A stretch of DNA of 64,000 nt from Octopus vulgaris (Eukaryota). Positions 29,193-43,327 of this stretch are shown piece by piece. Below the pieces are notes generated by a model that was given only the letters and a program-made list of their open reading frames with translations, was not told the DNA's origin and did not search any database. The stretch spans positions 91,326,001-91,390,000 of the forward strand of contig OX597824.1 of the NCBI GenBank assembly GCA_951406725.2, in the 5' to 3' direction. The position numbers were made by a program, and so were the translations under genes. Each line of letters opens with the position of its first letter. The stretch's first letter is position 1.

Positions 29193-29604
29193 GGCGCAGG
29201 AGTGGCTGTATGGTAAGTAGCTTGCTAACCAACCACATGGTCCTGGGTTCAGTCCCACTGCGTGGCATCTTGGGCAAGTGTCTTCTGCTATAGCCCCAGG
29301 CCGACCAATGCCTTGTGAGTGGATTTGGTAGACGGAAACTGAAAGAAGCCCGTCGTATATATGTATATATATATATGTGTGTGTGGGGGCGGTTGTGTGT
29401 CTGTGTTTGTCCCCCTAGCATTGCTTGACAGCCGATGCTGGTGTGTTTACGTCCCCGTCACTTAGCGGTTCGGCAAAAGAGAATCCGATAGAATAAGTAC
29501 TGGGCTTACAAAGAATAAGTCCCGGGGTCGATTTGCTCGACTAAAGGCGGTGCTCCAGCATGGCCGCAGTCAAATGACTGAAACAAGTAAAAGAGTAAAG
29601 AGTA
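29193..29604 (+). mobile_element. SINE family A, full length
   Basis: GGCGCAGGAGTGGCTG head with A/B boxes, CORE-like CTTGGGCAAGTG, internal (TA)/(TG) microsatellite, tail AAGTAAAAGAGTAAAGAGTA. Confidence 0.92.
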
Positions 29605-30112
29605 TAGTCTCACACACACACACACGCGCGCGCACACACACAACGAAGGATGAAAGACAAATTGACCTTCGGTTAATAAGTAGGATTGTCGGGTTCTGAG
29701 AATGTTCGAGCGTGGGTGACAGTCACCGACCGACAGACATTACGTCGTCATCATATCTGTCTGTGTGGATCTCTCTCTCTCTCTCTCTCTCTTCCTCTCT
29801 TTCTCTCTCTCTCTATCTCTATATATCTATTTATCTATATCTCTGTCCTCACATTTTAAACAATCGATGTCACCCTAGTCTTCAATGAACCGAGAATTGA
29901 TACGTTTAATTAATGGTGGTGGTGGTGCTGGTGCTGGTGGTGATGTTGCCGTTGCGGTGGTGGTGATGGTGGTATTGATGGTAGCGGTGCTGGTGGTAGT
30001 GGTGCTGCTATTGTAGTGCTGTTAATGGGTGTAGTTGTGTTCATAATGGCGATGGTGCTGATGGTGGTGGTGGTGGTGAAAAGATGGCAGTGGTGGCGGT
30101 AGTAATAGTAGT

Positions 30113-30164
<52 letters not shown>

Positions 30165-30185
30165 TTCCTTGTGTTGTATGTCTTG

Positions 30186-30592
30186 TACTCTTTTACTCTT
30201 TTACTTGTTTCAGTCATTTGACTGCGGCCATGCTGGAGCACCGCCTTTAATCTAGCAAATCGACTCCGGGACTTATTCTTTGTAAGTCCAATACTTATTC
30301 TATCGGTCTCTTTTGCCGAACCGCTAAGTGACGGGGACGTAAACACACCAGCATCGGTTGTCAAGCAATGCTAGGGGGACAAACACAGACACACAAAAAC
30401 ACACACACACATATATATATACATATATACGACAAGCTTCTTTCAGTTTCCGTCTACCAAATCCACTCACAAGGCATTGATCGGCCCGGGGCTATAGCAG
30501 AAGACACTTGCCCAAGATGCCACGCAGTGGGACTGAACCCGGAACCATGTGGTTTGTAAGCAAACTACTTACCACACAGCCACTCCTGCGCC
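30186..30592 (-). mobile_element. SINE family A, full length
   Basis: Reverse complement nearly identical to 29193-29604. Confidence 0.92.
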
Positions 30593-30692
30593 TGTTTTTT
30601 TCGTTGTTAAAAAAAGTCTGTTTAACCACATGGTTCCGGGTTCAGTCCCACTGCGTGGTACATTCGACAGACCATAGCCATCTATCTATTCA

Positions 30693-30739
<47 letters not shown>

Positions 30740-30820
30740 GTATATATATATATATGTAGGTATGTACATATATGTATGTATGCATATATTTTATATATTA
30801 ATATATTATATATGATGCAG

Positions 30821-30958
30821 CACGAAGTTTTTTCAGTGAACAGGTCGCGGTCTGAAAGTGACGAAAATATTTTGATAAATTAAATTTAAATGTTGAAGTG
30901 AATCTAACGGTTTTTGTCTTTCTTAAATGGCTTATAAACACCTTCCACGCTGCAATTG
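30821..30958. repeat. Dispersed repeat, unclassified (second copy 60711-60852)
   Basis: CAGTGAACAGGTCGCGGT...GTGAATCTAACGGTTT...AAATGGCTTATAA...CACCTTCCACGCTGCAATTG present twice. Confidence 0.8.
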
Positions 30959-32449
30959 CTTTCGTTCAAGCACACGATCTCAGATCAGGTCACTTGCTAT
31001 GCAAGTACATCTCCGTAATATACATAATCCGTTTTTCTCAATGAATTTTTCCATCGTCTAGGCTTAAAAAGCCCTTATCGTTTGTTTCTCCTTGTCCTGT
31101 CTTTTACTGTTTTTATCTTTATTTGTATTGCTTTTACTGTCTTATTTTGTTTTTACTGTCCTGTTCTTGTCACCATTTTTACCCCTCCGCAAAAATCCCA
31201 AATTTTATTTAATTTGCTTTGCGGGAAGGATTGTTTCAACGAAGTCGTGTCTTGTCCTTACCTTCGAAACACGGAATAAGTCGAAGCAGGGGCAGCTGAA
31301 GAAGGGGAATATTCCTTGTGTTGTATGTCTTGTTTTTTCGTTGTTTAAAAAAATCCGTTTCTTTGTTTTGTTTTTATGTTTTCGTTTCTCGTTGTGTTCT
31401 ACGTTTTTTTTTGTGGTGTCCTGTACCCATATATGCATGTATATATACATATAGATGTAGGTATGTACATATATGTATGTATGTATGCATATGTTTTATT
31501 TATTAAATTGTTATTCTATGATCGAACGCTGCGCGTCCTCTTCCAAGTAAGTTTTATATATATATATAATTTTTTTTTTCAGAATGATATAAAAAACCAA
31601 GGCTGTGAAGATTTTAGAACATTTATAAAACCTTCTATTTATAAATCTTCACAGCTTTGGTTTTTTATATCATTCTGAAAATTTTTTTTTATATATACAC
31701 ACGCTGATATATGACCTATGTTGGACTCCTTATTTGCATAATCACCGAACCTGGAGCTTAACTCTGGTCTATCGATCTCATTTGGCGATGTGTGTACGTA
31801 TGTGCATATGTATGTGTGTGTGCGAAGGGTTGTGTGTTGGAGGTATACGTGCGTTCCTATGTATGTATGTATGTATGTATGCATGTATGTATGTTGTGTG
31901 TCTTTGCGTCCATGTTGGTGCCTCACCAGCGCTTGACAACGGGTGTTGGTGCATTTACGCCTCCGTAACTTAAAGTTCGGCAAGAGAGAATGACAGAATA
32001 AAAGTACCAGGCTTGGTGGGGAAAAAAGAACAAGAATCGATTCATTCAGCAAAAAAATTCTGCAAAGCGGTGCCCCAACATGGCTGCTGTGAATTGATTG
32101 AAACAAGAAATAGATAAAAATAAAAGATGTATTAAATTAGGCAGAACATTTCCCAGAAAACACAAATTATATATATTTAGAGAAAATTCATATAGAATTT
32201 CCTTAAAAATTCGGAGATCGATCATGGAAGGTTTATTAATAGAAAATTACAAGTCAAAAGTTAACAGACAGATAACGTACTTACTCACAAATTAGGTCGA
32301 GTTCCCGTTAGGTGAAATAATCCCAAAGCTGAAAGGGAAAATGCTTCATATCTGGCTGTGATGATGAGATCATTAAGAATAGAGCGTCGTTCCACTGGTT
32401 TTTTGCTTACGACAAAACATCGATAACAGAACTCCATTAATAACCACAT

Positions 32450-32481
<32 letters not shown>

Positions 32482-32550
32482 CATACATACATACATACAT
32501 ACATACATGCATCCATACATACATACATACATGCGGTATGTCATGATTAG

Positions 32551-33190
32551 CAGCATGTGATTAGCAGCTGTCTTAAAATGTCATCACGGTACTACCTCCC
32601 TATGCGGCACGATGTTGTCGCTAGAACAATTTACAATGCCATCCGCAAAAAAAGACTCTCCTGAAATAAACTTAGAAAATCCCTCTGCTATGGAATACAT
32701 TCATAAACACCAACTCAAGGAATACTGGTGGAATATTCCCATCAAAACTTCTGTCAAATGTAAACATAACATGCCGGATATTGTTGTTTGGGACAGAAGG
32801 GCAGAGATATGCTCCATCATAGAGGTTAGCTGCCCAGCAGATATAACTATGTCTTTGAAAATCAAAGAAAAAGAGGATCTCTATGGTCAACTGCTTCGAA
32901 ACTTCCAGCTTCTATATCCAGACTATGAATTCATATTTCTTACCAATAATAATTGGAGCACTAGGTTTTATTAGCAAACGCTTAAAGAAGAATCTGGATA
33001 GACTACGATTTTTAGAAAAAGAAATCGACTGGCTGATTCGTACATTACAAGTGCAATTTGTGAGTGGAACAGTACAAATATGCAAGACTTTTCTCAAGTT
33101 CTGAATATGAATTTGTCTGTTAACTAAAAACCAAAGATGGAGCCTTGTATTTTTGTTGGAAACCGGCTCCCTCGTCAGTGGAAGATATAT
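32551..33190 (+). mobile_element. 5'-truncated RLE-bearing LINE (R4/Dong-type), coding remnant 32551-33104 with two frameshifts
   Basis: QHVISSCLKMSSRYYLPMRHDVVARTIYNAIRKK/DSPE...EYWWNIPIKTSVKCKHNMPDIVVWD...IIEVSCPAD...KEKEDLYGQL.../LPIIIGALGFISK...GTVQICKTFLKF*: end of CCHC knuckle, RHD, PD-(D/E) motifs. Confidence 0.9.
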
Positions 33191-33547
33191 AATAATTAAA
33201 AAATAGAAGGGATATACATACATGCATGCATGCCTGCATACATGCATATATGAGCACATACAAACACATACACAAACATATGTATGTATATACATATATA
33301 CATACACGCATACACACAAGCATATTTTTGACTTTTTTATTTCTTAAAAATAGTAGTACATAACATAATAATGTTCTGCGTGTGTGTGTACACACACAAT
33401 AGCATCAGGCTTAACCAGTGATGAGGAATATATAAACTTTGGGTTAAAATGTTTGTGACATTTTAAATGGCCTTACAAATATGTTTGTAAGTATGCGTGT
33501 GTGCATATATGTGTGTGTGTGTGTCTGCGTGCGTGTATACATATTAA

Positions 33548-33945
33548 GGCGCAGGAGTGGCTATATGCGCAAGAGTGGCTGTGTGGTAAGTAGCTTGCTT
33601 ACCAACCACATGGTTCCATCTTCAGTCCCACTGCGTGGCATCTTGGGCAAATGTATCTACAATAGCCTCAGGCCGACCAAACCCTTGTGTGTAGATCTGG
33701 TAGATGGAAACTGAAAGAAGCCCGCTATATGTGTGTGTGTGTGTGTGTGTGTGTTTGTGTATGTTTGTGTGTCCCCCCCACCATCGCCTGACAACCGATG
33801 CTAGTGTGTTTATGTCCCGTAACTTAACGGTTCGGCAAAAGAGTCCGATAAAATAAGTACTAGGCTTACAAAGAATAAGTTCCGGGTACGATTTATTCGA
33901 CTAAAGGCGGTGCCGCAGTCAAATGACTGAAAGAAATAAAAGAAT
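33548..33945 (+). mobile_element. SINE family A with duplicated 5' end
   Basis: GCGCA(G/A)GAGTGGCT occurs twice at the head; remainder matches family A. Confidence 0.88.
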
Positions 33946-34325
33946 ATATATTTACACACACACGCACACACATACACTTCTCTCCCAGACATCACAAACT
34001 TAGGGTTATAAATTTTCTTTGCCAACCGTAAATTTAGAAAACTTTAAAAGACACAACCTAAAAATAAGCTACAACTGCTTAAATATATCGCAGACAACTT
34101 TCAATAAAACTGAAGCATTATGTTCATGTAGGAACATGTATATATGTCCCCTAAACAGAGCCTGTAATGATAAAGCCATAATTTATTGAAGCAGAAGTCA
34201 CACTTATAAATCTATAAATCTATAAGTGATAGATAAAAGTTACATTGGTACGTTACTATCCGACTATATCAGGTCATTAAAAGAACACTCATTTTGACTA
34301 CAGTAGTGAATGGAAAATCTTCTAA

Positions 34326-34723
34326 TCTCTCTATATATATAAAGCTGAAGTTGTCTGTGTATGGCAGGTTTGGCAGCCTTCAACTAACACTATCTCCTCC
34401 GAAACCCTGCGGCGCAAGTTGACCAAAATTGAGAGAATGATAGAAGAATGCTTGCTCTTCCTTCCGTAGAAGAAAAAAATTCAAATCGGACCATGTTAAC
34501 ACCAAAAATTATTTACATGAAAAAGATGCTTTTTTTGTATGAAAATCCCTATTTTTTTTTACGATTTTTTGACTGCTGTGTCGCCATTTTTCGGTGTATT
34601 TCAACCAGAAAAATGTTCACTTAAAGAGAATAACAAGCTACATAATGCAAAATTTTTACTTTTCAAAAATTCCAATTCTAAAGGGTCGAAACAAACCCGA
34701 GCAATGCCGGGCGATACTGCTAG
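34326..34723 (+). mobile_element. Complete non-autonomous Helitron (398 bp)
   Basis: 5' TC start, 3' hairpin CCCGAGCAATGCCGGG 34696-34711, CTAG end, inserted between host A and T with no TSD; partial second copy at 6088. Confidence 0.85.
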
Positions 34724-35093
34724 TCCTTACAAAAGCACTAAAAGATGTGATACGTGTGCAACTGAGAACGAAAATTTTTCAAAAAGGGTCCACAATCAGG
34801 TCATCTATTCAAACGCCAAATTCGGCAAATGCAGACACTTCATAACAACACATGCCTCAAAGAAGTGGTTCAACGGACTAAAACCACACAAAGGCACGGA
34901 ATTCTGAATTTGCTTCAATTTTTCTTTCCTGGCTTCCTTAATTTTTCCTTCAATATCAATCCTCTGCTGTTTCCTCTGCGATAATGTTCTTCCAGCCTTG
35001 ACGATGCATTAATTCTTTTAATCCTACTTAAGAGATTTGTTATTCTTCGATTATTAATACAATACACACACACAAACAAACATACGTCTGTAC

Positions 35094-35240
<147 letters not shown>

Positions 35241-35459
35241 AGTGTGTGTGCGTGTGATACTTGTGTGGGAGTTTATAAATGCGAAAGTGAAAGCCGAAAA
35301 TTTCGCTTATTAGGTTTGACAGTTCACTCCACTACTTCTTCAAGCAGTACCGCCGCCACCACCACCACCACTACCAACAATAACAACAACAGCAACAACA
35401 CCAAAACCACCACCACTAACAACAACAACAACAACAGTACCAACACTAAAAACATCACC

Positions 35460-35492
<33 letters not shown>

Positions 35493-35632
35493 TACATACA
35501 CACATACACGCACAGAGCTATAGAAGGTTATATACAGAATTTAAATTTTCTCTGACTAATTCATAGGTATATCTATACATACCCACACACGCACACACTC
35601 ATACATACCCCCTCTGTTTATTTCATCTTGTT

Positions 35633-35668
35633 CCTTCTGTTGAAGAGCTTAGGCTTGAAACGTAAAAG
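35633..35668 (+). ncRNA. Minimal HHR-like motif, GAGC family, degenerate
   Basis: CCTT-CTGTTGA-A-GAGC TTAG GCTT-GAAAC-GTA-AAAG. Confidence 0.45.
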
Positions 35669-35844
35669 ACTTTCTCACCCTCCCGAGCGTCAAGCTAATA
35701 CACCTGTCTTCGACTTTTATTTTTCTGTAAATTTCAAGCATACATACATACATACATATATTATATATATATATATAACTGTAGAGGGTTATATACAGAA
35801 CTTACTGACAATAACACACATATATACATATAAAGAATATATAT

Positions 35845-35876
35845 ATTAGCTTAAGGTGACCCGCTCTACGCGCGGG
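35845..35876 (-). mobile_element. Possible Helitron 3' end
   Basis: Minus strand CCCGCGCGTAGAGCGGG hairpin followed 10 nt later by CTAAT; 5' end not identified. Confidence 0.35.
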
Positions 35877-36123
35877 TGAGGGTGTGGTTGTTACTTTCTG
35901 TTGCTTCCTTTCTGTTTCTTATTGTCACATTATCCCTCTTTGAGTCTATCTCCTTTCTCTCTCACTTTCCCACTATCTTACGCTTCCTTTCTCTCGGACT
36001 CTCCCTCGCTTTCTCTTACTCTCTATCTTTCTCTCTCTCCCTACCACTTATAAAATAAGCTAGCGGTTCACCGATGGAGATCGATAAAATAACATATATA
36101 TGTATATATATATACATATATAT

Positions 36124-36177
<54 letters not shown>

Positions 36178-36996
36178 TAATAAATAAAATATATGCATAC
36201 ATACAAACATATATGTACGTACCGACATCTACATGTATATATACATGCATATATAAATATATATACGTACAGGACACCACAAGAAGACGTAAAAATCAAC
36301 AGAAACGAAAACGGAAAAGCCATTTTGTTACAACGGAAGGACAGAGACGTGGAACAAGACGAAAACGAAAACGGGAAAAACAATTAGGTACAGCAGAAAA
36401 ACGAAGTACAGGACATGCTGCACAAAGAAAATTCCCCTTCATCAGCTGTCGCTAGCAGACATAGCGTGTTTCGAAGGCAAGACAGGACACGTCTGGCCAT
36501 GCTAGGCCTTCCTACGAGAGAATTAACATAAAATAACGTCGTAGAGGGGTAAAACGAGCAAGAAAAAATGTAACACAAAAAGGGACGTAACAAAGAACTG
36601 CACAAAAAAAAAATATATATATATGTATGTATATATATATTTGTCTTCACCTTTCTCGTAATTGTCGTTTTAGAATTCTTTTGGAAGGAAACTTTCACTG
36701 CAATCCATTGTAAAGCAGTTGTTTTCGATTTCCTCGTTGTTGTTATTGTCGTCTCTGGGAGTCGGCTTCGTCGTTTTTGCCGTCTTTCTTGTCATCTTCT
36801 CGTTCGCCATTATGTTGTTGTTGTTGTTGTCGTTGTTGCTGTTGTTCGCATGTTAACGAATGATGAAACGTTTGTGATTAACAAAGCGTTATCTGATAAT
36901 CATTGGTTTGATATTGTTTGGATAGCAAACTTAGGAGGAGGTGGCAGACGTTGTTGCTGTGGTGACGATGGTTGTGGATGGGATAACGATATTGGC

Positions 36997-37133
36997 GTGA
37001 TGGTGATGATGACGACGATGATGATGATGATGATGACGATGATCATGATCATGATGATGACGATGATGATGATGATGACGAGGATGATGATGATGACGAT
37101 GATGATGATGATGATGACGATGATGATTATGAC

Positions 37134-37165
<32 letters not shown>

Positions 37166-37166
37166 C

Positions 37167-37201
<35 letters not shown>

Positions 37202-37345
37202 CGATGACGATGATGATGATGATGATGATGACGATGATGATGATGATGATGACGAGGATGATGATAACGACGACGACGACGACGATGATGATGATGATGA
37301 GGATGATGATGATGATGATGACGATGATGATGACGATGATGATGA
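36997..37345. repeat. (GAT/GAC)n microsatellite
   Basis: Directly visible. Confidence 0.95.
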
Positions 37346-37843
37346 AGGTCATGATGACGAGAACGAAGCTGATGTTGTTGTTAGTGGTGATGTGGTAGTG
37401 GTGGTGCTAGTGCTGGTGGTGGTAGTGGTGGTTGTGATGATAAAAATTCAATCTGGTCACAGAGAATATTACTGCAGGGCAATTTTCAGAGATCAAAGAG
37501 AAATTATGTTCTTGCATAAACACACAAACACAAACACTAAGAGGCGCACGCACGCACACACACGCACACATACACACACACACACACACACACATACTCG
37601 AGCGTATGTGTGTGAGTATGTATGTTTAAGAGAGAATTTTTACTTTATACACATGTACACACACACACACACATGTGCACACACGTGTGTACATATAATG
37701 TGTGTATGTCTGTATGCGCATGACTACTTTTAATTTACATACACGTATATATATACACATACATACTATATATATAATTTATATTTATATGTATATATAT
37801 GAATATATATATATACATATATATATGTATGCATACATATAAA

Positions 37844-37897
<54 letters not shown>

Positions 37898-37999
37898 ACA
37901 TATATATACATACTTATGCACATAAGTCTATATATATACTTATGCTCATAAATCTATTTATATACTCACATATACATATATATATATATATATATATTG

Positions 38000-38068
<69 letters not shown>

Positions 38069-38684
38069 CAAATATATATATATACCTATATATACATACG
38101 TAATATATATTCATGTGTGTATGCATAATTGTATGTATAAGTGAGTGAATGCGTGTATATATGCATGTTTATACGTGGAAGTTCGCGCTTGTGTACAAAG
38201 GTGCAACCCGGTGCGTCGAACTGCAACTATTTATGTCAAAAAAGGTGACTTAGCTGTTCGATAGGTATATAACGATAACATTACGATGGGACAGAGAGGA
38301 ATATTAATTGGCATGAGAATCTTTGAAGTCAGAGCCCCAGCATGGGCGAGGTCAGACGAGTGAAACGAATAAAAATGTACACTCTGTATGTGTTTGCATG
38401 AAACCTTACATGTGTATGCGTAGTTTTGTATGTATATACACGCATTTATGTATGTGTGCGTTTGTAAGTAGACATATGCATATATAATATACACACACAC
38501 ACACATGTGTATGTATACATACACACAGATAGATATACATACGTGCGTGTGTATGTATATGTATATATATATATATGTAATACTCACATATATATGTGTG
38601 TGCACATATATATATACATATATATAAATACATATGCATGCATATATGTATATGTGTTTATGTATATATAATTTATATATATAA

Positions 38685-38894
<210 letters not shown>

Positions 38895-39008
38895 ATGTTG
38901 AAATCAAACACTGCAAAACACATTGATAAACCAATTGAGGCACAGACACACACACGCGCGCACTCACACATACACACTCACACACACTCACAGACACACA
39001 CACACACG

Positions 39009-39055
<47 letters not shown>

Positions 39056-39348
39056 AGACAGCTCCGATAGATAACCTCAATTCTTGCGAGATATTATCAG
39101 TAGATAGTAATACAACATCCCATATATATACATCCACTCGCCTCTCTTCCCACGCCCTCCCCACCGCCGTATTCCATCAATCTGTGGAATTCAATCAAAT
39201 TGTTTGATGTTTCAAATAACAGCTCTTCAAATGTCTATCCAATATGTCTTCCCTCGCCGATCGACGGATCTACCTGTCAACCGTTACATCCGGCAAAAGG
39301 AATCGTGGGATGTAACCGATGCCATGGAAACAACATTCAACACATCGA

Positions 39349-39395
<47 letters not shown>

Positions 39396-39443
39396 TTGTT
39401 ACTGTTGTTGTTGTTGCTCTTCTTCTTCTTCTTCTTCTTCTTC

Positions 39444-39511
<68 letters not shown>

Positions 39512-39648
39512 GCTACTGTTGTTGTTGTTATTATTATTACTATTATTGTTGTTGTTGTTATTATTATTATTATTATTACTATTATTATTATTGTTGTTGC
39601 TGTTGTTGTTTTTCTTCTTCTTCTTCTTCTTCTTCTTCTTCTTCTTCG

Positions 39649-39705
<57 letters not shown>

Positions 39706-39706
39706 C

Positions 39707-39757
<51 letters not shown>

Positions 39758-39931
39758 GCTGTTGTTGTTATTATTATTACTATTACTATTATTGTTGTTG
39801 TTATTATTATTATTATTGTTGTTGTTATTATTATTATTATTATTATTATTGTTGTTGTTGTTGTTGTTATTATTATTATTATTATTATTGTTGTTGTTGT
39901 TATTATTATTATTATCCTTTCATTATTATTA

Positions 39932-39990
<59 letters not shown>
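39349..39990. repeat. Compound (TTA)n/(TTG)n/(TTC)n microsatellite
   Basis: Directly visible. Confidence 0.95.
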
Positions 39991-40239
39991 GAAATACATC
40001 AACGTAGATAATAAAAACATGGGGGGAAAACGGGGAGCAAATGGCGAACAAAATTAAGAATGCGAGAGAAGCTGTGTTCCTGTGTGTATGTCTGTTGCTG
40101 AGAGTGTGTGTGTGTGTGTTTATGTGAATGCATGTGTATGTATGCGTGTGCTTATGTATACGTGTAAGAATTCTTGTGTGTGTGTATATATATAAATACA
40201 TACATATATACATATTTATATGCACATGTGTATATATAC

Positions 40240-40301
<62 letters not shown>

Positions 40302-40457
40302 TACATATGTATATATATATTTATATACACACACATATCTATATATATGTATGTATGCGTGTATGTATATAGTGTGTATAGTGTGAAGAAAAGAATGAGA
40401 TTTAGAGATTCAAGAAGAGATAGAGAAAAGAAAGCCAGATCTTTTCACGCACAAACA

Positions 40458-40520
<63 letters not shown>

Positions 40521-40989
40521 ACATGTATATATATGTATAGACGTATACAGTGTCCATTGTGTGCCGTTAATGTGTAAGATATCAGACACATCCCCGGCCG
40601 TTGTCCAAAAATATCTCTTTCAAAATGCTTTCTTATCTTGAGATGAGATATTATCAGTAAAAGCATCCATGATCCTATCCGCAGGAAGGACGCACCTGAT
40701 GGGCATAACAAAAGCATACCGAAACTGGAATATGTGTATCCACACCTTTAAAGATAAAGAATATTGATGGAACGTTCCAATAACGATATTTAATCTGATG
40801 TAAGCACAAATGGAACATGGAGTCATGCAGAGTTTGAGAGAACGGAAATAGGAATATGGAAAGAATGAATTTGAAATGGAAATATTGAAAGAAAAGTGAT
40901 TGAGGAATGAAATATGATAGTCGGAAAGAAAAAAAAAGGAAGGAAGACGAGAGAAAGGATAGGATAAAATGCAGATGAGCGGATACAAG

Positions 40990-41806
40990 AGAGAGAGAGG
41001 GAGGAGTGAGAGAGGGAGAAGAAGAAGAAGAAGAAGAAGAAGAAGAAGAAGATGAAGAAGAAGATGATGGTGATGATGATGTGGAGGATAAAGAAGGAGG
41101 GGAGGAGGGGGAGGAGGAGGAGGGGGAGGAGGAGGAGGAAGAAGAAGAAGAAGATGAAGAAGAAGATGATGTGGAGGAAGAAGAGGAGGGGGAGGAAGAA
41201 GAAGAGGAGGAGGAGGAAGAAGAAGAAGAAGATGAAGAAGAAGATGATGTGGAGGAAGAAGAAGGAGGAGGAAGAAGAAGAGGAGGAGGAGGAAGAAGAA
41301 GTTGAAGAAGAAGATGATGTGGAGGAAGAAGAAGGAGGGGAGGAGGGGAGGAGGAGGATGCAGAAGAAGAAAAAGAAGAAGAAGAAGTGGAGGAAGAGGA
41401 AGAGGAAGAAGAGGAGGAGGAAGAAGAAGAAGAAGAGGAGGAAGAAGATGAAGAAGAAGATGATGTGGAGGAAGAAGAAGGATGGGAGGAGGGGAGGAGG
41501 AGGAGGCAGAAGAAGAAAAGAAGAAGAAGAAGAGGAGGAAGAGGGGGAAGAGGAAGAGGAAGGAGAATAGGAGGAGGAGGAAGAAGATGAAGAAGAAGAT
41601 GATGTGGAGGAAGAAGAAGGAGGGGAGGAGGAGGCAGAAGAAGAAGAAGAAGAAGAGGAGGAGAAGGAAGAATAAGAAGAAGAAGAAGAAGAAGAGGAGG
41701 AGGAGGAGAAGGAAGAAGAAGAAGAAGAAGAAGAAGAAGAGGAGAAGGAAGAAGAAGAAGAAGAAGAAGAAGAAGAGAGGAGGAGAAGGAAGAAGAAGAA
41801 GACGAG

Positions 41807-41844
<38 letters not shown>

Positions 41845-41948
41845 GGTGGAGGAGGAGGAGGAGGAGGAAGAAGAAGAAGACGAGGAGGAGGAGGAGGAGG
41901 AGGAGGAGGAAGAAGAAGAAGAAGAAGAAGAAGAAGAAGAAGAAGAAG

Positions 41949-41977
<29 letters not shown>
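40990..41977. repeat. About 1-kb (GAA/GGA)n purine tract with a recurring GATGAAGAAGAAGATGATGTGGAGG block
   Basis: Directly visible. Confidence 0.93.
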
Positions 41978-41979
<2 letters not shown>

Positions 41980-42113
41980 GAGACGGCAGTGGATGTACGA
42001 TTGAAGTGGGAAGGACAGAAAAGAATTAGTGAAAAATAACCAGAAACGAAAAGCGGGAAAAGAAAGAAAGAACAAATATGAGAATGCAATGTTTCTGTGT
42101 ATCAGTTTGCTTG

Positions 42114-42166
<53 letters not shown>

Positions 42167-42632
42167 ACACACACACACGCACATATATATACTACACATG
42201 TGTGTATACATACATAAATACATACATAATACATACACGTTGATCTTCATTTGTTTATCGCCATCTAAACTTAGGTGTTCCATTAAAAACAGACGATACT
42301 ATTTCAAACCCAAGAAAATGTTTCCTCCAGCTGGTTATTCAGTGCACTTCGCGCTTGATATATATCGCAAGCGGGGAGAGAACTCCCTACTGTCCTAACT
42401 ACCTACAATCCAAAATACCAATCTTTAGAGATCAGGCTTCTCAAACCCAGAAAGGAGAAAGCTAATTTGAAGGCTACAGATCCAATCCATCACCGGAACT
42501 GTAGAAATCTGTAAAGTTTATCTAATTAGGCTTGGACAATGCTTCGATTTTGGTCTCTAGTTTTGGGGAATTTCAGTGGCATAAACACAAACACACACAC
42601 ACACACATCACCCGGGGCACAATTTTTTTATA

Positions 42633-42781
42633 GGCGCAGGAGTGGCTGTGTGGTAAGTAGCTTGCTAACCAACCACATAGTTCCGTGTTCAGTCCCACTG
42701 CGTGGCATCTTGGGCAAGTGTCTTCAGTGCTCCAGCATGGCCGCAGTCAAATGACTGAAACAAGTAAAAGAAATAAAAGAA
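42633..42781 (+). mobile_element. SINE family A with large internal deletion
   Basis: Head through CAAGTGTCTTC joined directly to GTGCTCCAGCATGG tail. Confidence 0.85.
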
Positions 42782-43327
42782 ATATATATATATATATGTG
42801 TGTATTATAGATATATGTATGTGTATGTGTGTATAAACATTCTGATGCACCCTAAGAAAATATTCTACCAATACAGGCTGTGACCTGCTTGTGACCTGTC
42901 TGTCACACAAATGTTTATACAAGCCTACATTCTGACACCCAGCTTTACATAATGCTTTGCTAAACCCGATCAATAGGACATTGGCAATTTACAATCCCTC
43001 TCATTTAAACAATGGCAGCTGTTTCCTTAGAACAAAAACATTCTTGGTCAAACCTGAAAAAATCTCTCTGACACATTTCCTCGTTACCGAAATCTTATAC
43101 ATATTCATCTTGTCCTTCCCTTATACACCCACTTCCGTGTCCCTATAAAATCATGATACCACGCCCGGTTTCAATATATACAGCTACAATCTCCAAATGG
43201 GCGTACCTATAAAAAATCTGTGTATAAGGCTTGAAGGAGCAAATTAAACTACAGTCTGATGACGGCAGTTAACCGAAACTTCTCTTTCACTGTCAATTAA
43301 TATGGAACCGTACTTACTGAGTGATCA

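Noticed and set aside
33155-33185. Minus-strand CTGACGA plus hairpin as an HHR
   Set aside because: No GAAA after the stem; it lies in the 3' UTR of the RLE LINE.
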